Source of the DNA: an uncultured Clostridia bacterium
GTDB taxonomy: Bacteria > Bacillota > Clostridia > TANB77 > CAG-508
Direction: 5' to 3'
Assembly (NCBI GenBank): GCA_944388695.1
Contig: CALXJT010000001.1
Span: forward strand, 4,570-68,569
Length of the DNA: 64,000 nucleotides
Shown here: positions 1 through 9,070 of the stretch, in pieces
Layout: every line of letters begins with the position of its first letter
Position numbering within the stretch: the stretch's first letter is position 1
Notes under the pieces: generated by a model
The model's input: the letters and a program-made list of their open reading frames with translations, nothing else
What the model was told of the DNA's origin: nothing
Databases searched by the model: none
Made by a program: the position numbers and the translations under genes

Positions 1-690
1 ATTGCATCTGATGGTATATTGCCAATTGTTAAGAGTTCTGACCATGGAATGGATTTTTATATTCTTAAAAAGGATAATGTTGGACTTCGGATGGCAGTAA
101 GAATGAAAAATCAGTTATTTAGTGATGATGTAACTATTGCATTTTTTGAAAATAGGTATTCTATTCCTTATGATTCTAATCCGTATGAAAAACAAAATGT
201 AACTGAAAGAATCTTTGTCGATGAAATTACAGAATCTTTAGCAGAACTGGATAAAGCAATGGGAGAAGAAATGGATATGAAAGATTTAGAAACAATCCTT
301 TTCGGAGAGAGAATTGTTAAGAAACCAGTTGAGTTACCTAAAGCTTCGGCTTCAGATAAAGAATCGGTAAATAAGTCGGCAGAAAAACTTAATGATGAGT
401 CAGTAGGTATGCCAAGGTACAAATCATTTGGACAACCAGGTGACAAACCAGCAGGTATGCCAAAGACCAAATCATTTGGAGAACCAGATAGCAGACCAGT
501 GGGTATGCCGAAGTTTAAATCATTTGATGAACAACATAGCAAACCACATGATGTGCTAGAGCAGCAATCAATTGATGATTTTACCAAAGCCCCAAATAAG
601 ATAGTATTAAACCAAACTACAAGTTCAGTAAAAAATGGAGAAGTAGTAAAAAAATCTTCACATGAAGATAAAAATAACAGTTCGAAATAG
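1..690 (+). CDS. Hypothetical protein, probably 5'-partial at the window edge. C-terminal region has three tandem 16-aa GMP(R/K)xKSFG(Q/E)P repeats. First gene of the vWA/kinase operon.
   Basis: Open frame from nt 1 with no in-window stop. The track ORF 19..690 starts at TTG. Stop TAG is at 688-690. The 48-nt periodic repeat VGMPRYKSFGQPGDKPA/GMPKTKSFGEPDSRPV/GMPKFKSFDEQHSKP is visible in the translation. Confidence 0.5.
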   Translation: MASDGILPIVKSSDHGMDFYILKKDNVGLRMAVRMKNQLFSDDVTIAFFENRYSIPYDSNPYEKQNVTERIFVDEITESLAELDKAMGEEMDMKDLETILFGERIVKKPVELPKASASDKESVNKSAEKLNDESVGMPRYKSFGQPGDKPAGMPKTKSFGEPDSRPVGMPKFKSFDEQHSKPHDVLEQQSIDDFTKAPNKIVLNQTTSSVKNGEVVKKSSHEDKNNSSK

Positions 691-707
691 TGTGGGAGGT
701 AAATAAT

Positions 708-1487
708 ATGAAGAGAATTTTTGATATTTTTAAGTTTGATAAAAATCCTGATGATTCTTCAAAAGATGATAAACCTTCTACAAAAAGAACTAGAAGTGTT
801 AAGGAAGATAAGCCGAATCCGGCCATATCTACAGATTTAACTGAATCAAGTTTTACTGAACCAAATTTTACTGAACCAAGTTTTGATGAATTAAATAAGG
901 ATGATGCTATGAAGAATAAAAAATCATATTGGGGAGGAGATAGGACTCGTCCGAGTTATATATTTCCAAGGGTTACAAAGAAAAAACTCACAATTGTTTT
1001 GCTTGAGAACACAAAAAAATCTATAGAGGCAAAAGGTATTATATTAAAAATTATTCACAGGCTTGTATCAACAGACCTTATCTGTGTTATTACCTATGGT
1101 GATAATGTTAAGGTAAACAAGGTAGAAAAAGTGAGTACATTTAGTGATAAAAAATTACTAGATGAGAATAATGTAACTGAAAATGCTTGTCTGTATGATG
1201 CATTAAAAATCCTAAAAAAAGTAGTTATTATTGCAGATAAGAAAGAGCTAGATGAGGATTTTGGTATTGATAAGTATAAGATTGACTCTATTGATGTAAT
1301 AGGTATAGGGTCTGGCTTGGATGTGGGTTCTAAAGTGAAGGTGGAAGAAGCAATAGAGTGCTTTGAAGATGTTCTTTCAAAAAAAGATGTCGATACAAAA
1401 TATTTTTGCTTTTCAGAGGATACTTTTAAAGAAGTGGCTTCATTAGGTTTTCGTTCAATAGGGGCATTTCCAAGTAAAAAGGTATAG
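708..1487 (+). CDS. vWA-like domain protein with degenerate MIDAS.
   Basis: ATG at 708 is preceded by GGGAGG 8 nt upstream; the track ORF starts at 690. Alternating hydrophobic beta-strand / helix pattern (LTIVLLENTKKS..., LICVITYGDNVKV, IDVIGIGSGLDVG) resembles vWA, but the DxSxS metal site is replaced by ENTKKS. Confidence 0.45.
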   Translation: MKRIFDIFKFDKNPDDSSKDDKPSTKRTRSVKEDKPNPAISTDLTESSFTEPNFTEPSFDELNKDDAMKNKKSYWGGDRTRPSYIFPRVTKKKLTIVLLENTKKSIEAKGIILKIIHRLVSTDLICVITYGDNVKVNKVEKVSTFSDKKLLDENNVTENACLYDALKILKKVVIIADKKELDEDFGIDKYKIDSIDVIGIGSGLDVGSKVKVEEAIECFEDVLSKKDVDTKYFCFSEDTFKEVASLGFRSIGAFPSKKV

Positions 1488-1494
1488 GATTGGA

Positions 1495-3021
1495 GTGATA
1501 AGATTGACCTTGATAGAGAGATTAATTAATTTCTTGAAAAAAATTTGCTTTTTTTCTTATTTTAATAATGCTTCGGAAACTGAAGAAAACGAAGAAAATA
1601 TTGATGGAAAAGAAGCAGAAGGGGCAGATGTAGAGAGTTTAGAAAAAGCAGTAGAAGATTTTAATAATACTGTTATAGAGAATAAGATTAAAGTATTTAA
1701 AATGACCTTGACTAGACTCTATATGTTAGACCAAAAAATTACCGTTTTCAAGGAAAGTTTTCCAGATTCATATCTATTTTTTGAAGGTCAAATCAAAGAG
1801 TTAGAAAAAAGTTATAAGGACAGTTTGATAGCTGCTAAACAGGATTTAACTTTTGAGATTGATCCTGAAAAAGATGGAGAAAAGCTTGCCAAGATTTTAA
1901 TACTTGAAAATGATGTGGAAGCTTTTATTGAAAAAGAAGTAAAATTCGATATTATTGTCAAAAAACTTCAACGATTAATTGTAAAACTAAATATTTTATA
2001 TAATGTTTCAGTAACACACATAAAGTCAAATGAGAGAGAAAAAGCAATAACTCAAACTATGCGGGCAATTTGCGTAGGAGACAGAATTATTCAAGATTTT
2101 AAATCTTGTGAATATTTACTGAAAGATATACAGCTTAAAGATGAAATCGTTGGATTGGTATCATATTTAAGTTATCAAATTTTTAAGCTTTTGCTTAGGA
2201 ATTCTGATATAACTCCAATTGAAGCTCTGAAAAAGATAGTATTTTTGACTGAATTTGATGGTCTTGAATATAATGCTTTATTCAAAGCATTTCTGGAGGA
2301 TGAATTAAAGGAACTTTCTAACCTAACCCAGCAGATTCAAAATGAAGAATGTCGGAATATTTTGAAGAATGAATATAGAGAATTTTATATTCAGCTTACA
2401 TGTTCTAAAGATGGTAACCAGATTTTAATTAATACTGAATTCTGGGCTAATATCTTCGATTTTGAATCAAAGTTATTCAGTTTACTAAAGGAGAGTAGTA
2501 TCGAGAAAGACAAGATTAAAATTAAGCTTATTTCTAGAATGAATATTCACGTAACTGAAAAAGATGTTCTAGTTTCGCCAAAAACTAATACGTATTTGAC
2601 TTTAATAAGTATTTTTTCTAAAACTCAAGATCAAAGAATTACATTGGTTTTAAAACTTCTCAAAAATATTTCTGACGATGTAACTTATAAGGAAATTTAT
2701 TTTCTGCTTTTGTTATTTGATGTTTTAGATATTGTTAAAGGAGTTCCCAATGAATTGATTGATGATTTAAAAAAATATTTAGAGAAGTATCCATATAGTA
2801 GTAGTGCTTTGGAACGAAAAAAAGAACAGGTTTTATACTCTTCAAATAGTGAATATATTTATGTTTTTACTTTAGAGGAGTATGAAGAAAAGTTGGTTGA
2901 AGAGCTGGATTATCTTAAAATTGATTTCAAAAATGTCGATAATAAGATATTTATGAATGAAATTTATTTCAGCGGATTAACTGCAGTAATGAAGAGTTTA
3001 AAAACAGTAACAGCTATTTAG
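1495..3021 (+). CDS. Hypothetical, largely alpha-helical / coiled-coil protein of the vWA/kinase operon.
   Basis: 508-aa ORF 8 nt after the previous stop, with no recognisable catalytic motif. The start is uncertain: GTG at 1495 or TTG at 1501 after GGAG. Confidence 0.5.
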   Translation: MIRLTLIERLINFLKKICFFSYFNNASETEENEENIDGKEAEGADVESLEKAVEDFNNTVIENKIKVFKMTLTRLYMLDQKITVFKESFPDSYLFFEGQIKELEKSYKDSLIAAKQDLTFEIDPEKDGEKLAKILILENDVEAFIEKEVKFDIIVKKLQRLIVKLNILYNVSVTHIKSNEREKAITQTMRAICVGDRIIQDFKSCEYLLKDIQLKDEIVGLVSYLSYQIFKLLLRNSDITPIEALKKIVFLTEFDGLEYNALFKAFLEDELKELSNLTQQIQNEECRNILKNEYREFYIQLTCSKDGNQILINTEFWANIFDFESKLFSLLKESSIEKDKIKIKLISRMNIHVTEKDVLVSPKTNTYLTLISIFSKTQDQRITLVLKLLKNISDDVTYKEIYFLLLLFDVLDIVKGVPNELIDDLKKYLEKYPYSSSALERKKEQVLYSSNSEYIYVFTLEEYEEKLVEELDYLKIDFKNVDNKIFMNEIYFSGLTAVMKSLKTVTAI

Positions 3022-3040
3022 TTAAATGGAGGAAAAAATT

Positions 3041-3775
3041 ATGTCAAAAGAATTTGATTTTCTGTCACTTGCAAATGAGTATGATTTTTCGTCAGATAGT
3101 ATTAATGTGTTTTTGATGGTATTGGATAGTTCTGGATCGATGGAAGATGATACTTTTAATGTTCGGAAAGGACTTGAAGCTTACAAAAAAGATTTTGAGA
3201 ATTTTCATGAGGCAAATTCGATTGTTGTATCTGCATCAAGTTTTGATTCACATTATTATCCAAAACCATTTGTAAAGGTGAGAAAGATGTCAACTAGTTA
3301 TTCTACTGGAGGAAGAACAGCATTGTGTTATTCCATTGTGCAAGGTGCTGAACAACTCAAAACTTATATCGAAGAGGTATCTAGGAGAACAGGCGTTATT
3401 CCAAGAGCTACGTTTATCCTTTTCTCTGATGGTGAGCCTTGTGATGATCCTGTAGAACCAAGCAAAGCTAAAGAGGCAATTGAGGAATTGAATTATGCAG
3501 GAATTACGACTGTATTTATAGCATTTGGAGCAGCAATTTCTTCAGAATTTGGTAAGATTATGGGATTTCAGTCTACAAGGGATGTAAATGACCGTAATTC
3601 ATTAGTTGACTTCATGGTAGAAGAACTCTCAAAATCTTGTAAAGAGCAGTCACAAAGCATGAAAGCTCTCGGAGCAGATTTCTTTAGCCATGCAACTGAT
3701 AAAGAAAGTTCAGCAAATTACTCGAATACTACAAAACAGGCTCTTGAAGATGATGATTGGATTGATGAAATTTAA
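3041..3775 (+). CDS. von Willebrand factor A (vWA) domain protein, TerY-like, with canonical MIDAS.
   Basis: ATG at 3041 follows GGAGG; the track ORF starts at 3026. MIDAS motif FLMVLDSSGSMEDD, followed by typical vWA strands (RATFILFSDGEP, TTVFIAFGAA). Confidence 0.75.
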   Translation: MSKEFDFLSLANEYDFSSDSINVFLMVLDSSGSMEDDTFNVRKGLEAYKKDFENFHEANSIVVSASSFDSHYYPKPFVKVRKMSTSYSTGGRTALCYSIVQGAEQLKTYIEEVSRRTGVIPRATFILFSDGEPCDDPVEPSKAKEAIEELNYAGITTVFIAFGAAISSEFGKIMGFQSTRDVNDRNSLVDFMVEELSKSCKEQSQSMKALGADFFSHATDKESSANYSNTTKQALEDDDWIDEI

Positions 3776-3859
3776 TTGATTCATATTCAAGATTGTAACT
3801 AGAAATTTAACACCCTGGGGAACTGATAGTTCCCCAGGATATGGAAGAGGTATAATTAT

Positions 3860-6800
3860 ATGCTTAATAAATTATATTCATCACTTTATTATTATTGGGT
3901 AAAAAAACATTATAAATTAATGTTTTCTCACGATGGAGAAGAAATATATTATGCCAATAAAAAACTAGTTGTTATACAGGAAAACAGAATACTTGGAGAA
4001 AAAATTTATGATATTGTTTCTTCTTTAAGTGATTCTAATACAGTGCTAGAAATTAAAAACATGTCTTTTAGTTTTGTTAATTATTTAGCTGTGGATGGGG
4101 TTATTACTTGTTTTTCTATATCCGTTCCAGATGAGTTTGATGTGCAAGAATTTGCGATAATGGAAAAACTAGAAAAAGTAATTCTCTTTGTCAGCGAAAT
4201 GAATAAACACGGTTATTTTTTAGATGAATCAAAGTTTGAGTTTAAACAGAGTTATTCTATTTCAGAAATTCTTTCATTTCTTACTACTGATTCTAAAGCT
4301 GAAAGTAAGACACTTGGAATCTTGATTAGATATTGTCATTATTATTTATCTGGAAAAAATGATTTTGAAGAATTTTATTTTGAGCTTGACAGTCAAAGAT
4401 ATTTTGACATGCATGAAATGCCATATTCTATTGAGATTATACAGATGTGTTATAAATATTATTCGACAGGTGAAGTTCCAGAAGATATATATGAGGTTCT
4501 TACTTATAATTCAGGCAAACTTTATAAGTACGATTTATGTGTCAAGGATGCAGAATGTAAGAATTGGAATCCAGATGAAGAAAATGATGAATATGCGATT
4601 TATGGTAACATAAAGATATTCAAGAAGATGCCAGAGAATTTTAAAAAATTTATACTTTCTGATTATTATGATGGGAGTATATGTTTTCTATGTGATGATA
4701 CAGATAATTTAAGAGTTATTAATCTTGATGGTGAGGTTATTGGATATGAAACAAGTTTTGACTCTAGTCGTATGCCCATTTTAGATGTAGAAATCTTTCA
4801 CCAAAAAATGATATTTAAGTTTATAGAAAAACTGATATCTTTTGTATTAAGAACAAAGAAAATGAGAGATTTTGATAACAATTTATCTAAAGTGGAACTC
4901 GATAAAATTATTACTGTTTCAGGATTTCTTTATGATTTCAAGTTTAAATCTTTTGACAAGTTATTCTATTTCTTTGGAATGAGTGAAGATGAAATTTTAA
5001 ATCAGCTTGCAGAAATTTTTTGTAGAATGTATAAAAAATTTATTAATAAGCTCTATGGAAAAGTAAATGATAGAAATGAATTACTAGAAAAGCGTGAGAT
5101 TAGATATTTGAGTCCAATGCTTGCGAATGAGCTTGTAAAGTTCTATTTTGAGGAGGATACAAATTTTAAGCGAGTATTTGATGAATTGCAATTATTCAAT
5201 TCTAGTTATAGAGAATTTGATTATACTGCTTTATTGTTTTATGATGGGCGATTTGCATACAATCCATTTACAATTCCATTTCATTTTTACTATGAAGTAG
5301 AACAAAAATATGGAATAAAACTTGAAGCTCATATGAAGAAAGAGTTGCCAGATGGACGAAATATTGTGATGTTTTCTCATCCTAAATCAATCAAAGACTT
5401 TAAGAATAAGCATGTGCATATATGTGAAATGATAAATAGATTAATAGGAAATATTGAGAGTGAACATCTGAAGTTTGTAGAGGTTTCTGAAATTATCTAT
5501 TCCGAGGAATATGATGATAGTGGAGTTTATAGTTTTATAGGTTATATAACAACTCCTGTTAAAGGTGAGATACTGACTTTAGAGGACCAATTAATACTTA
5601 ACAATAAAGAGTTAATGTATGTGTTTGGATACTATTATGCTAATTTCTCTGAATATATTTTTCCTGAAGAGTATGTTCGGATGGATAGTGATTTTGTATT
5701 CTACATTGATGTGTTAGCTGATGATTTTGAATTGAAGCGCACTTATTGTTCTTCTAAAAGAGAATTATTGAAGAAAGAAATTAATATCCTTTTAGATAAT
5801 GAATATAATTCAAATGCGTTTGTTGGGCTAAATTTGGATTTATTTTCACTTCATAATTACTTTAAAGATAGTATCGGATTTCCAGGTATGTCTCTTTCAG
5901 AATACTTTATTGAACTTGCAGATTCTCTCAATCATTATTGCCTGAAACATGGTATTTACTATGCTGGTAAAGCTTGTCATATCTGTTCAGAAACAGTATA
6001 TTATTTGGCTCGTAAATCCATAAAGAAGGATATTTTAATCTTTGAGGATGATATTGCTAGACATTATGAAATAAGTCCTGACTATAACCTTAAATTTTAT
6101 AAACCAGAATCAGTTAATATGATTGATATGGAAGAAAGAGTGGATAAACTAATAAAAATAAGTTTAAGTCCTAATTATGACTTATTTGAATATGGACAGG
6201 ATTGTTTTATACCAGTAAAGAAAGCATATGATAACGATGAGAAGTTTGTTGGCTACTTATATAAACATGTGAGCTTTGCTGATGAATCAGATGACTTGTG
6301 TGTTGACTTAAAAGACCTAGAGAAAATGAAAAATTTACCTAGGTTAAAAGCTTTAATTAGACTCTTGAAACAAATTAAATCATTACTAGAAAAAGATATC
6401 TTTTTTGCTCAAAATCCTTATGGCACAGTTTTTTTAAATAGAAGTTGTAAAAAACAAGTACAAATATTAAATATTGAATTTATTGATACAGAAGGGAATA
6501 AATCTGATGTTATAAATTGGACTTGTGCATATGTATTTGATGTTATAAAATCAGATAAAACTCTTATGTTAGATAGTAAATTTAAACAACTTCTAGATGA
6601 TATTCAGGAGGATTCTGAAGGTGATATGAGTAATATTGATTCAATTCTTTTGAAGACACTTGAAGAAAAGGCTGAAAGGATGACAAAATACTGTGCTACA
6701 CATCAGTTATATTATGATAAAGAATATCTATTCTGTCCCAAATGTTCAGAAGAGGTTGATGTAAAAAATTTGAAGATTATGGAGATAAGCAAAAAAGACA

Positions 6801-8554
6801 TTACTTCTCGTAAAAAAATTGGTGACGGTGGTGAAGCTGATATTTATGAATATGGGAATGGTGATGTGGCAAAGGTATTTAAAGAAAACGGTAATATTAA
6901 TTACAGTTTGAAGAGCATGATTATAGCTCGGATTATGAAGAAAGCTGAAACATTAAAAAATACTGGTAATTCTGCTCAATATCAGTACATTATTCCAAAA
7001 GTAATCTTGGTAGATAATAATCAAATGTATGGTTATGTGATGAAAAGAGTCGGTGGATTTCCTTTATCTGTTTTAAAAGATAAGCAGTTTGTAAAAGAAC
7101 AGGGCTTTTCTAAAAGAGATGTTTTTGATATACTCATAACAGTAGGAAAAGGCATCGAAGGATTGCATAAGGAGAATATTTTTATTGGCGATTTAAATGG
7201 TAGAAATATCCTTTTTAACAAATCAAAAACAGTTTACTTTTTAGATTTTGATGGAATGGGAGTAGATGAGTTTTCGCCAGAATTTTGTACAGATACTTAT
7301 ATTGACCCAGTTTCTAAAAAGAAGAGTATGATTACAGAGAAAGATGATTGGTATTCATTTGCGGTTCAAGCTTTCTATTATTTGACATATACACATCCTT
7401 TTAATGGGATTTATATGGAAGATGGGAGAGCATTGGAGATTCCGGAAAAAATGGAAAAAAGAATTTCTCTTCTTGGTAATCATGGAATTGATATTCCTAA
7501 AATTGCGGAACCATGGGATTGGATGAGTGAGGAACTTAAAAATACCTTTTATTCTATTTTTGAAAAAGAACTTAGGGTTAGTATTGTTCCATATCTTATT
7601 AATCAATATAATTGTATATATAAAGGTGAAGGAGATGCTCAAGTATCTGATGAAAAATGGGTCAGAATTAATCCAAAGTTTATAACATTGAGTTTTAATC
7701 CTTTTAGTGTTGAAGATGAAACATATGCTATAAACTCAAACGTTGCACTTTGTATAGAGAAAAAGTATGCTATTGTTTTAACAAGTAATCACCAATATAT
7801 CCTTAAAGATTCATGCTTTTTTAATGAACCAGAATCAATTCAGGATGTAGTAATTACAGAAGATGAAAATTTTGCTTTTGTAATTTATTGGAGAATTTTG
7901 TTTATAATTGACTTGAAAAAAGATCATTGTATTCAATTTATACTTTTAAAAGGTACTAATAATGCAATTGTGAATGGAAATTCTATATTTTATGTAGATA
8001 TCCATAAAAACAAGCCTATTATCTCTCAAGTTTCTGTGAACAGTGGAGGTGAATTAGAAGAAAATCGGTTTAAATATACTGATAAATCACTGGCTCCGAA
8101 ATACTTTGGTGTAGCATTTAGTAGAAAATTTGTTATAGTTCAGCCATCTTCTAAGTATAAAGATGTTATATATTGTAACAGTGAGAAATTCTGCGATATT
8201 GATTGTAAGCATAGTAATACTAAATACAATGTTATTTACGATGATTTTAGTAAAACATGGCTTGTAATTAATGAAGAAGGATATGTTGTTATAATTAAAC
8301 AAGATGGCACCTTTGACAAGTTTAAGCTAAATGATGAAATCGAAGTATTAGTAAAGAATATTCGGTATGTAAAAGGAAATATTTATATCCCAAATGATGG
8401 ATGTTTGTGGATAATAAGTGTAAAAGACCAGTTTAAATGTAAGAAGATGGAATGTCATAAATTTATGACTTCCGCTTCTAGGATTTGTAAGGTGGACCGA
8501 AATGGTTTTACTGTAGTAACAGATGGAAAACTCTATGTTATTCGTAGAGGATAA
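3860..8554 (+). CDS. Giant 1,564-aa multidomain protein with two CxxC...CxxC Zn-ribbon-like motifs, a eukaryotic-type Ser/Thr protein kinase-like domain and a beta-rich C-terminal domain.
   Basis: RBS GGAAGAGG lies before ATG 3860. Kinase signatures are seen directly: KKIGDGGEADIYEY (G-loop), VAKVFK (beta3 Lys), HKENIFIGDLNGRNILF (catalytic loop with D...N), LDFDGMG (DFG-like), KDDWYSFAVQAFYY (subdomain IX DxWSxG-like). Cys pairs CLKHG...CHIC and CATHQ...CPKC. Confidence 0.7.
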   Translation: MLNKLYSSLYYYWVKKHYKLMFSHDGEEIYYANKKLVVIQENRILGEKIYDIVSSLSDSNTVLEIKNMSFSFVNYLAVDGVITCFSISVPDEFDVQEFAIMEKLEKVILFVSEMNKHGYFLDESKFEFKQSYSISEILSFLTTDSKAESKTLGILIRYCHYYLSGKNDFEEFYFELDSQRYFDMHEMPYSIEIIQMCYKYYSTGEVPEDIYEVLTYNSGKLYKYDLCVKDAECKNWNPDEENDEYAIYGNIKIFKKMPENFKKFILSDYYDGSICFLCDDTDNLRVINLDGEVIGYETSFDSSRMPILDVEIFHQKMIFKFIEKLISFVLRTKKMRDFDNNLSKVELDKIITVSGFLYDFKFKSFDKLFYFFGMSEDEILNQLAEIFCRMYKKFINKLYGKVNDRNELLEKREIRYLSPMLANELVKFYFEEDTNFKRVFDELQLFNSSYREFDYTALLFYDGRFAYNPFTIPFHFYYEVEQKYGIKLEAHMKKELPDGRNIVMFSHPKSIKDFKNKHVHICEMINRLIGNIESEHLKFVEVSEIIYSEEYDDSGVYSFIGYITTPVKGEILTLEDQLILNNKELMYVFGYYYANFSEYIFPEEYVRMDSDFVFYIDVLADDFELKRTYCSSKRELLKKEINILLDNEYNSNAFVGLNLDLFSLHNYFKDSIGFPGMSLSEYFIELADSLNHYCLKHGIYYAGKACHICSETVYYLARKSIKKDILIFEDDIARHYEISPDYNLKFYKPESVNMIDMEERVDKLIKISLSPNYDLFEYGQDCFIPVKKAYDNDEKFVGYLYKHVSFADESDDLCVDLKDLEKMKNLPRLKALIRLLKQIKSLLEKDIFFAQNPYGTVFLNRSCKKQVQILNIEFIDTEGNKSDVINWTCAYVFDVIKSDKTLMLDSKFKQLLDDIQEDSEGDMSNIDSILLKTLEEKAERMTKYCATHQLYYDKEYLFCPKCSEEVDVKNLKIMEISKKDITSRKKIGDGGEADIYEYGNGDVAKVFKENGNINYSLKSMIIARIMKKAETLKNTGNSAQYQYIIPKVILVDNNQMYGYVMKRVGGFPLSVLKDKQFVKEQGFSKRDVFDILITVGKGIEGLHKENIFIGDLNGRNILFNKSKTVYFLDFDGMGVDEFSPEFCTDTYIDPVSKKKSMITEKDDWYSFAVQAFYYLTYTHPFNGIYMEDGRALEIPEKMEKRISLLGNHGIDIPKIAEPWDWMSEELKNTFYSIFEKELRVSIVPYLINQYNCIYKGEGDAQVSDEKWVRINPKFITLSFNPFSVEDETYAINSNVALCIEKKYAIVLTSNHQYILKDSCFFNEPESIQDVVITEDENFAFVIYWRILFIIDLKKDHCIQFILLKGTNNAIVNGNSIFYVDIHKNKPIISQVSVNSGGELEENRFKYTDKSLAPKYFGVAFSRKFVIVQPSSKYKDVIYCNSEKFCDIDCKHSNTKYNVIYDDFSKTWLVINEEGYVVIIKQDGTFDKFKLNDEIEVLVKNIRYVKGNIYIPNDGCLWIISVKDQFKCKKMECHKFMTSASRICKVDRNGFTVVTDGKLYVIRRG

Positions 8555-8562
8555 AGATTATA

Positions 8563-8610
8563 GAGAATGCTCAAGAATATTAATATCTTCTTGAGCATTC
8601 TCTTAATTTT
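8563..8610 (+). terminator. Rho-independent terminator of the vWA/kinase operon.
   Basis: Perfect inverted repeat GAGAATGCTCAAGAA (8563-8577) / TTCTTGAGCATTCTC (8588-8602) followed by TTAATTTTTAAT. Confidence 0.8.
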
Positions 8611-9070
8611 TAATATATTTGGGAAATAATATATTATTGATTAACTATGTTAATGGATGGAAAATGAATGGTATTATAAAAAAATTTAATAAAAAAATAA
8701 AAAAAATACTTGACCGACAGTTACTACCGACTATTATAATTATAATGTTAAATATAAAATGCAGTGCTAATTGTAGTACAAGCAATTAGCACAAACATCC
8801 CCTTTTAACTAGAAAGGAATTATTCTATAATACATTTTATAGAATAATTCCTCTTAAAAAATAAGGAAGGTAAATTATGAAAAAGAAAATTGTTTTATTT
8901 ATTGTTTTAATATTAATAAGATTAATGCAAGCATAGTAGGTATAAGTTAAATATCTATTATGTTTTTTTATTAAAAATGCAAATATTGTAAATTATGTTA
9001 ATATGTGATATAATATTACTTGTAACAAATAATTTTTATTTTTTAAGGCAATGCCTAGAAGGAGGATTTT

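Noticed and set aside
168-587. 139-aa minus-strand ORF inside the first operon gene. Similar antisense ORFs occur at 29120-29776, 52073-52561, 45284-45697 and 58871-59404.
   Set aside because: All are fully embedded antisense to well-supported genes (rho, P-type ATPase, pepF and others). They encode low-complexity L/S/F-rich peptides and have no RBS. They are typical spurious frames in AT-rich DNA.
690-1487. Looked for a PP2C phosphatase (DGHGG / DG-WD motifs) to complete a TerY-P triad.
   Set aside because: No PP2C-like motifs are present in any of the five operon proteins. Gene 2 looks vWA-like instead, so the locus is not a canonical TerY-P triad.
4359-4613. 84-aa same-strand ORF nested inside the giant kinase-protein gene.
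   Set aside because: It is an alternative frame of a long, continuous, motif-bearing ORF. Nothing supports independent coding.
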